The position numbers and the translations under genes are program-made. This document shows, in pieces, positions 54,887-64,000 of a stretch of 64,000 bases of DNA (position 1 is the stretch's first letter; each line of letters begins with the position of its first letter). A model generated the notes under the pieces. That model had not been told where the DNA came from and ran no database searches. It worked only from the letters and a program-made list of their open reading frames with translations. The stretch is from Lama glama (taxonomy: Eukaryota), in NCBI GenBank assembly GCA_028534125.1, contig CM052817.1, positions 27,406,001 through 27,470,000 of the forward strand. Reading direction: 5' to 3'.

Positions 54887-56230
54887 TGGCTTGAATGACT
54901 TATGAGTATTTTGGAAAGGAAGCGATGGTCACCAGGCACCAGGGTCTAGTTAAATTAAAGTCATCGTACACTTATTAAATAAGACATGGCTCATTCTAGA
55001 TGAACGAGAGGAGAACAGGCATGCACAACCAACCAGGATGTGATACTATGCATGAAGAGCTTTGGAGAAATAATTATGCCTGGAGTTAAGGAATAAGCCC
55101 CAGCAAGAAGGTGACATGTGAGCAATAGAAATAGTAGGCAGGTGAGGCAGAATGGAAGATCAGGGCAGAGAAAAGAACATGAGCAAAGCCTAGGAATCAT
55201 CAAAGTGCATCAGACTTGCTTCATTTCCTCTGACAGGAGTAGTGGATATAGAGAGCAACCGACTGCAGTCGGCGTAATGTATCTGGACTTCAGCAGGGCA
55301 TTTGTCCAGGTCTGTCATGATATTATTGTGGACAAGATGGAGAAATATGGACTAAATGATAGGACTATTAGATGAATTAACAACAGTTAGGTGAATAAAT
55401 GAACCCAAAAAATGCTGATTAGTAGACTGACATCAGTACAGAGGATGGTCTCTAGTGGAATGACATAGGGCTCTGTCTAGTTCAACATCTTTATCATCGA
55501 TTTAGATAAAAGTATAGAAAAAATACTTAACGAATCTGTAGATTATATGAAAGCTCAGTGGGATAATGAGTAGCCTTAGTGACAGAGTCTAGATTCAAAA
55601 AGATCTTAAGTTGGACCTGTTGAGATAAAATATCTAGGGGTGAATCTAAATTTCCACAGCTGAATTAAAAAAAAACCAAACAGACACACACACTCATGCA
55701 ACTGCCTAGAAGTGTGGTTAATAGAGCATAAATGAAGAAGATTTAGAAGTTGGGATCTGCATAACGTATTATCAGTGTGCATGGTTGCCAGTAGGGTGCA
55801 CAGAATATGGTGGCGGTGCTTGTCAACAGTCCAGCTCCCTCTTGGAGAATACTATGAAAGAGCAGTTGGCAAGCTGGGGTAGCTTATAAGAGGGTGTCCT
55901 GATTGGCCATATAGAATTTTAAAAATTATAATGAAGAGCCATAAACCTGGAATCGCGGAATTCACAGGGGCTACAAAGCTACAATAGCTGTAGAGCTGCA
56001 CATAGAAGCCTTTCGCGATATTACCCTAAGGCAAAATAAGCGTACAAGGGGAGCCACCGGCTAGAAGTTAGAGGGAAACAGATTTCTGCTCTGTGGAAAC
56101 ACACTGTAACAGAGCTTCCCAGAGGCAGGTAGGCTGCCCAACAAATAAAAACTACCTTTATAAAGACAGTCAGCGAGCAAGGAAGTTGTTGAGGAAAGTT
56201 GAGCATCTTAAGAAAGAATTAAGTTCTCTT
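54887..56230 (+). mobile_element. CR1/L3 LINE reverse transcriptase remnant
   Basis: ORF 55118-55375 ends VGVMYLDFSRAFVQVCHDIIVDKMEKYGLNDRTIR, the CR1 YLDFSKAFD..H..L..KL motif; downstream ttcaacatctttatc..gattcaaaaagatctt. Confidence 0.8.
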
Positions 56231-56479
56231 CTGTATCAGAGAGCCCACGACCCCTGTTCTTAGCAGCCTCCCTTTCAAGCTCCCAAATGTGCATGCTACT
56301 CACGTGGGTGCTTAGGGGCCACCCTGAAATGTTCTTCATTCACACAATGCTCCACCGTTTGCTCTTTTCATTTCATCCTCCTCCAGCACACCCCTGTTCA
56401 CGTTGCCATACTGCACAAGAACTCAGGAGAGATGGATTCTAGTTTTTGTTCTTCTAATGCTAATTCTAGGACCTCAGGC

Positions 56480-56900
56480 ATGGTAGGTTAAAGATGGCCA
56501 AAAAGTCTTTGATGTTCTTTCCACTGAAAGATGGAGTCTGACTTCCCTCCTCTTGTATTTGGCCTGGTCTCAGTGACCTGCTTAACCAATAGAATGTGGT
56601 GGAAGCCGTGGGTCTTCCAAGGCTAAGTCACAGGAAGCCTTGATGTTGGCACTCCATCTTCTCGGAATGATCACTCTGTGCAGAAACCCCAGTAGCCAGT
56701 GGGGAAGACAAGAGAGGGAGAGAGAGGTGCCCAGCAAACCCCAGGGACTGCAGCCCTTTGATGCTGGAGACATCACGTGAGGCAGAGGCGTCGCCCCTCC
56801 AGCCTAGACCAAATTTCATATTCAAGAGAAAAGTGAATGACTGTTGTATTTTCAGACACTACGTTTTGGGGTGGTTTATAGCACAGCAATCGCAAACCAG
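56480..56900 (+). mobile_element. MLT1-type LTR
   Basis: tggtaggttaaagatggcc start; cactacgttttggggtggtttatagcacagcaat end. Confidence 0.7.
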
Positions 56901-57099
56901 AATATTCGGTAAGTCATCCCAGCTCTTTGGAAATCAATTTTCAACACATAAATGAGGTGAAAGGACCTAATACTGTCTAAGGTCTTCTTCCACTATGACA
57001 CTCTCCACAGCCAGCACTTGTGGCCTCAAGATTCCTTTACACTCTTTTTTATTTTTCAGGAACCTCTTATTTACTTATTGTTTCTTCTAGTTTTATTAA

Positions 57100-57620
57100 G
57101 ATATAATTAATATACCCTTTTACACTCTTTAAATTTATTGAGGATCCCAAGAAACTTTTATTATATGGGTTGTATCTATTGATATTTGCCCTATTAGAAA
57201 TCAAAACTGGGAAAAATACATAATATTTGCTCATTATTTTATGCAAAAATAATAGAAATCCATTAAATGTTAACACAAAATACTTCTGATGAAAATAACA
57301 TTTTCCAAAACAAAACAAAAAAAATTAAGAGTGGCACTGCTTAATATTTGTGCAAATTTCTTTAAGGCCCAGCTTGATAGAAGATAAACCTGTTTCTCAT
57401 ATCTGCTTCTGCCCTCAGATGTTGCAATATCACATGTTATGTAACCTCTAGAAAACTTCACTGTAGGCTTGAGAGAGAATGAATGTGATGAGGTAAACAA
57501 TGTATCAGTATTTCTGCGAGAATAGTTTTGGCCTCCCAGACTGCCCTGCCCACCTACCACTGAGTGAACACTGGGGATCTCCAGGGGTCCCTAGACCAAA
57601 CTTTGAGAAATACTGCTCTA
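57100..57620. mobile_element. hAT/Charlie-like DNA transposon fragment
   Basis: cccttttacactctt..attgaggatcccaa..; end ccaggggtccctagaccaaactttgagaaatactgct. Confidence 0.6.
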
Positions 57621-59406
57621 AAGAAATGACATGAAAAAATTAATCTATATTCATTTATTTATGGCTGATAACATGTAACAGGTTCAAATGTTTAGAGTAA
57701 TTTATATTTTAACAAGGAATCAAGTTTCCCTCAGAAGGCTCAGTCTCTAATGGCAGCATCTCAAAAACGCAGAGGTCTCTTGTCTGGTTAAGGGTCCCCT
57801 GTTCTGGTCCACTTCGCAGGTCTCTGCCTCTTCATCCCCCACTTAGTCTGGCTCTGGCCAGAGGGAGGTTGTGGCCACAAGACTAGACCCACTAGAGACA
57901 AGAAGAGAGTAAACACACAATCACATTCATTTTTAGAGACAGTATCTTTCTTTATGGACAGAGAAGGGCTCTGTGAGTAATTAGCAATAGAACTAAAGAT
58001 TACTAACTCTCATTGCCCCCACTTTAAGCAATTAGACTGAGTTCTTCATCATGTTGGAAACTACGCTGAGAGACTCTTGTAACATGGAGGTAATATGCTT
58101 GTTTATTTAATTAAGTTATTGAAAATCAGAAATGATATCATACCTACCCTTTCCTAGCAGTGTAGATCTTTCCCAGAACTTCTAGCTGCAGATTTTTAGT
58201 AATTGCATTGCGCTAATCAACTAAAATGACCTAGTATAAATGTTAATAAATAAACATAATCATAATCATAATCCTAGACATATTCAGTTGCCAAGGACTT
58301 CAAGAAGTCATCGAACCCATCCCTCTGCCTCCAGGCATGCTTTATCGCCCTATCAATTCTCAGCAGAAATAATGTCCAAAAATATGTTCTACGTTGGGTT
58401 ACTTCCTCCCATTTTCTTTATATTTTTTTCAGATATGCTAGTCCAGAAAAAAATGGCAAGTAATTCAAGTTACTTTTGAAAACATTCAAAAAGATTGAGA
58501 TATTGAGAAATTTGTTTGAAGTAATATATTTAATGGAGCTCCTTTTTTCTATAAATGAGGCGATCAGTATACTTTTCACAGAAGACCTCCTCAATCTACA
58601 CATTATTGAATATGATTTAAGTTGTTTGAGGACTGGGTTAAAGGATTTTTTTTTAATTTTGTCAACAACCAAATTTTAATAAATGATTAATTGGGCGTTT
58701 TTCCATCCAGTTCCACTAGAAGTTAAGTATGTTTTGACACATTTAACAGTTTTTGGATTTGAAAATTTATGTAAACTATGTAAGGTAGCTAATACTTGTC
58801 TGGGAAATTACTAGAATGATCAGAGTTACATACAGTTGAAGTATCTATTTTGTTACCCTTAGGACTAAATAATTTATGAGAAAAAGTCAAATGACGTATT
58901 AAACGATGTCCTTTAATTTTGGTTTTATGAGATTTTCTATAAAGGTAGTTCCTGAATTATCAAGGACCCTCAAAATAATAAAATAATCTTTTGGTGAGCT
59001 CGTCACATGCCCTAAGACCTGCAGAATAATCCCTTCTTTGATAGTCTATAAATTAAGCTCCAGCCCAAAAGCCACAAACATAACAAAGTGTTTATGTTTT
59101 CAGAGCTCTGCCACCATCAAAGATGGAAACACATCCTTTTCTCCTTTAGCAGGACAAAGCTCTTTGTCATACTCAGGAACTGTCTCCTTCCTGCTCCCAT
59201 TCCCCTTCACTATGGTCAGTTTGTTGAATGTTGCAGCTAAACCTCTACTGCCTGGAAATTAGTTCTCAAACCCGGCACTAGCTGTCATAGTTAACACCAG
59301 CTGTACACTTTTGATACCTCACTCCTCAGTCTCGAGCACTGAGAGAGAATGCCACGACAGTGCCTGAGGAGAAGACTATGCTGATTAAAACCACCAATTC
59401 TGAGGT

Positions 59407-59581
59407 GGGGAGGGTATAGTTCAAGCGGTAGAGTGTTTCTTAGCATGCATGAGGTCCTGGGTTCAATCCCCAGCACTTCCTCTAAAAATAAGTAAACCTA
59501 GTTACCGCCCCCTACCAAAATAAAATAACTAAGGAATATAATAATAAGTAAAACATAAATATATTTCAAAAAGTTTTTTTA
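59407..59581 (+). mobile_element. tRNA-derived SINE (camelid-like) with target-site duplication
   Basis: ggggagggtatagttcaagcggtagag..gaggtcctgggttcaatccccagcac; flanks aaaaccaccaattctgaggt (59387-59406) / aaaagcaccaattttgaagt (59582-59601); same family as 52282. Confidence 0.88.
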
Positions 59582-59699
59582 AAAAGCACCAATTTTGAAG
59601 TCTGATTCAAAGCCCGCTTTCCCACTCATGAGTTATGTAATCTTGAACAAATTATTTAACCTCCTTAAGTTTAAGAATTTTCACGTATAAAATGGGATT

Positions 59700-60310
59700 G
59701 TGTTAGTCTTTCAGTCATAAGAATCAGAAAAATGAAATCAAACTGGCTTATTAAACACACATGCACACACTGGGATTTCTTAGCTACCATATCAGCGTAA
59801 CTGCGGGAGCAGAGGCAGAAAACTGAAGAGCCTTTCCAGATGTGGCCAGTTTGAGGGTCTTGAATTCTGGCATAGGAACTGTTTCTCACTGTCTGAGTTC
59901 TGCTTTTCTCTGTATTGACCAAATTCTCAGCCAAGATCTCCCCCAAAAGGCACGAGATAGCCACAATAGCTCCCAATTTCAATCAAAACTGCTTTAATAA
60001 AGTCAGTAGAAGTTCCTCTTTGCCAAGAGTCCCAGCAAAAGTCCCAGAGTGGCTCTCATTGCCTTTGATTGGTCCAGCTGGGTCCCAGCCCAACTTTAAA
60101 CCAACTGCTGTGGCCGGGAAGGTGCATGCTTTCGTTGGCAAGGCTTCGGGTCATCTGCCTACTGCTGGACTTGGGGATGGAACCAATCTTACCTGGCTAT
60201 ACAGACTAAGTTAGTTCTTGGATGGTTCCTGGAAGAAAAACTGAGTTGCTGCTTGTAGATGAAGGGACAGTAGGTGTGGGCAAGACCAAAAACAAAACAA
60301 AACTCATCTG
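59700..60310 (-). mobile_element. MLT1-type LTR (antisense) nested in a MIR
   Basis: tgtgttagtc..aaactggcttat start, gattggtccagctgggtc; MIR halves at ~59600-59700 and ~60340-60445. Confidence 0.55.
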
Positions 60311-61509
60311 TAATTCTCTGCGATAGTGGCTTCATAACACTTACCTTGACCTTACAGGGTTTTTATGAGAATTAAACAATAATGCAAAAAGAGCACTTAA
60401 CACAGTGCTTGGCACACTGCGAGCACTCCATAACATTAGCTGTTATATTCCTCAATTAATCTTTGTGGAACGAATGTTGAATGTTAGCAAAGGCTCAATG
60501 GTAACCACTCTAAGTGGATGGCATTTCATGTAGTTAGTGAAGAGCCTTAGAAAAGGGGTGGCGGCTCACATGCCAAGTCCAGTGGTGACTGCCTGGAGTG
60601 CTCTGCTGAGAAGGATTCTGAGGCTGTCTCAGCCCATCAGAAATTAAGTGTCATGCTCAGTTAGGAATGCCTTTAGGTCCTCAAGTTCTCTCTTCTGTAA
60701 TAAAACCTAGTACAAAAAGGCTACTTAGCCCTTTCACTTAACTTTGGATTGGGGAGTTATTAAAATATAGAAGCACATAATAGATTTTCAATCCATATTA
60801 GAAAGGTTAATAAGGACCATATCATGTGTGGTTAGAGAAAGAAGAGGGCAGGTACACGCCTTATGTACACTTGTAGATTCACTGCCTAGCACACAGTCGC
60901 AGCTCAGTCAATATTTTTTTGCATTGAACTGAAAATAATTATGTGATGCTGAAATTATTCCCATGAAACCCAGAGGATATGGGTAAAATTAAACTTGAGT
61001 TGTGTTAATGTTTTGTTCATAGGTTTCAAGTATTTTTGCATATATTTCATGGCATTTATATTAAATTCATAAATAAAATATTCCTCTGTGTGAACTCAAT
61101 AAAGCATTTAAAAATAACAATAAAAACATCCTCCTGCCCTCTTATGTATTTATTGGTAATTTCCCTGATTTCTCAGCTCCTTAAGACTTAATGAAAGAAC
61201 TCTTCAGAGTGGCAGGTTAGTGGCAGCCAGTGGTCTGGCCAGTCAGAAAAAGAAAAGACCTCAGGTGATGTGTGTGCAAGGATCACATGGCTTCAAACAA
61301 AACTGCTCTCGTGACCTGTGCCATAGACCACTTCCCATGCAACAGGATGCTCGGTCGTGATGTAATGAAGCGTGTGCTGGGCTCTCACTACACACTTTGG
61401 GGAATGTGTATTAGAAAGGCCTGCATTACTGACCACTGAGTGACTCAGGTACGGCTAACCCAGGGAGCTGAGGACGCTGGATATAACACAGGAGGATACC
61501 CCCCGGGGA

Positions 61510-61780
61510 GTGTCAAGAACGTGGGTTTTGAAGCCAGACTCAGGTTCAAACTGGGATTTGAATCTGACTTTTAGTAAGTTACTAAAACCAGGACTTTTAG
61601 TAATTTACTTCATCTCTCTAAGCCTCAGTTTTTTCACTTGCAAAATGGAGCTAAAATACATTAAAAATAAAGAAATGGACTCATAGATGGTTGTGAGAGT
61701 AAACAAGATACTAGTCTTCAAAACCTTAGCATATGGCAAGTGCTTAATAAATAGTAGTTATTTGCTATTATTGTTGTTTT
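61510..61780 (+). mobile_element. MIR SINE
   Basis: tttgaagccagac..catctctctaagcctcagttttttcacttgcaaaatgg..gtgcttaataaat. Confidence 0.7.
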
Positions 61781-63399
61781 GATTTCAAACCCCAGCTCAG
61801 AGGAGGTTAGTGGGGAAAACCATAAATTGAATTTAATTTTGAAGATTAAATTAAATATATGCACAAATGTGTGCACACATAACATTGTGGATTATCTGTT
61901 GCTATGTTTTACTGTTGAAATATTCTCCAAAATCTCATGCCAAGAATTTCTGAAATTTTACCTCTATTAAGGCATGATATAAAAATGGTTCATTTCATTC
62001 TCTTTGGAGTGCTTTTTGAAGATTTATTCCCTCTTGGATGACTTAGAATCCCCTTGTATGCACTGGGTCAGGATTGAGCAAAAATTCAGCCACATAATAG
62101 TATTTTGTAAAAGGAAATAAAAACATCGAATCACACCACACAGAATGCTCTGTATGTATAAACAATGTTACTAAACCCCAGAGATGTCAATAAAATTAAT
62201 CTACTCAACCCCTGCTTTGTTCCCACTTTCCCTCTTTTATATATTAGGTATATCATGACAGGGTATGAGGAGAATTCGTGCTCCCATCACCTGACTGCTG
62301 AGCCATAGGTGCATCTGGCCCATGGGCAGGAGCTAACAGAAAGGGGATTTAAGAAGAGAAAAAGAAAGGAACATATTAGAAGCAGCTCCCTGGGGACCAG
62401 AAAATGCCTCATCCTGGAAGTGAGAAAAAGCAGGGTACTGCTCTTTGCTGCCAACAAGCTGCACACCCCGGACCAGTCATTTCAAATAACACCCCTTTGT
62501 AAGATATGAATTGGTTCAGGAAGCCTTCTTACACACAAATTCATTCCCAAGACTTCTGATTGCAATATTTAACAACTCAGCTTTAAATTGGCCAATTATT
62601 TCATCATCAGGTGTAGGCAGAAGTCAATTACAGTGCCTAGCAATCAACCGATGTCCACTTTGCTCTAAGATCTGAGAGCATATGCAGGTCCCCGAAGGAT
62701 TTGAGGCCGAAATTGTTCCCATAAAAAGGAAGCTGCACTTCTACTCCTGAAAGCTCCACACTCATCAAGCAAATTAAAAGAAGACCTGAGAGTTAAACTC
62801 AGGAAGAAATTTGGTCAAACTGAGATATTAAAAAATGAGGTCATTACAGATGCAAACTGAAATAATTCCTCAGACAACTGGCATTTATATCTTCTAATAC
62901 ATCCTCCTGGTGACACAGGAAAAAAGCAAAAAAGATTTGGCCAGATTTTTGCTGGTACATTTATTTTTGGAATCACTAACACCTACCATTTAGAGAGTAC
63001 TTCCTTTATGCCAGGCTTTTTACGCATTACCTGATTTAATCCTTCTGACGGTCCTATGACTATGGTTGCCCCCAGTGAACAAAAAAGAAGCTGAGGCTCA
63101 GAAAGACTATATAATGTGCCCACATAGAGCATATATAGAGGGCATTTAATACCCTCATACTTCATTACTACATTTTACTATACAAGGCAGAATAAAATAT
63201 TTTCTATTTTAATTAACCTGTTAATCACCTTTTGAAATAAATGAAAAAGAGAAGTGCTAAATATATTTTGAACTATATTTTTAATATTGTGCCACTAATA
63301 TTTATATTTTTACCAGACCTTGAATTCTGATTTTTAAAAATTCAAGATTCGCTAATAATTATCACAATAATAGGCAATTTATTAACTACCCACTGTGTA

Positions 63400-64000
63400 T
63401 TGGGGTAGGCTAAAATAATGGCCTTTAAAGATATCAAATTTTAATCCCTGCAACCTGTAAATTTTAATTTATATGGAAACAATATCTTTGTGGATATGAT
63501 TAAGATAAGGATCTTGGGGTGGGAAAACTATACTGAATTATTCAGACGGGGCCTAAATGCTATCACAGGGATTTTTTTTTAATTGAAGTATAGTTGATGT
63601 ACAGTACTATATGTTACAGGTATACAATATAGTGATACAATTTTTAATGGTTATACTCCATTTACAGTTATTATAAAATATTTGGTATACTCCTATGTTG
63701 TACAATGTATCCAGGTAGCTTATTTCATACCTAATACTTTGTACCTCTCAATTCCCTACCCCTATACTGCCCCTTCCCTCTTCCGTCTCCCCACTGGTAG
63801 CCACTAGTTTGTTCTCTCTACGTGAATCACGTGGACTCATAAGAAAGAGGCAGGGGGAGGTTAGGCAGAAGAGAAGGCGACAGGACCATGGAGGCAAAGA
63901 TGAGAGTGACGCGGCCTCAAAAGGCTAGAAAAGGCAGGAAACTGATTCTCCTCTAGAGCCTCCAGAAGGAGTGCAGCCCTGTGACACCTTGATTTTGACC
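63400..64000 (+). mobile_element. MLT1 LTR interrupted by an antisense L1 3' end (~63573-63825)
   Basis: ggtaggctaaaataatggcc..gattaagataaggatcttg; insert ttttaattgaagtatagttgat..; resumes gattctcctctagagcctccagaaggagtgcagccctg. Confidence 0.8.

Overview
Mammalian (vertebrate) genomic DNA, most likely a camelid or other cetartiodactyl judging by the tRNA-derived SINEs and L1 3' ends. It is not prokaryotic, and almost all ORFs in the track are spurious. The window holds the last three coding exons and ~2.9 kb 3' UTR of LIMCH1 (+ strand, 173-~9760). It also holds the complete three-exon PHOX2B gene (- strand, CDS 42506..39749, 314 aa, intact homeodomain, 9-Ala and 20-Ala tracts) with its CpG islands, promoter and homeodomain-site-rich upstream region. 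Between these convergent genes lies an isolated, truncated, frameshifted OR5M-type olfactory receptor pseudogene (- strand, ~28010-28632) that keeps its 5' splice acceptor. The rest is interspersed repeats (L1, L2, CR1/L3, MIR, MLT1 LTRs, hAT elements, SINEs), microsatellites and a 500-N assembly gap. I found no convincing new biological system. The most noteworthy items are the orphan OR pseudogene, a nearly pure GCG polyalanine tract in PHOX2B, and clusters of homeodomain/HOX-PBX motifs near PHOX2B. Repeat subfamily names come from pattern recognition, not a database search.
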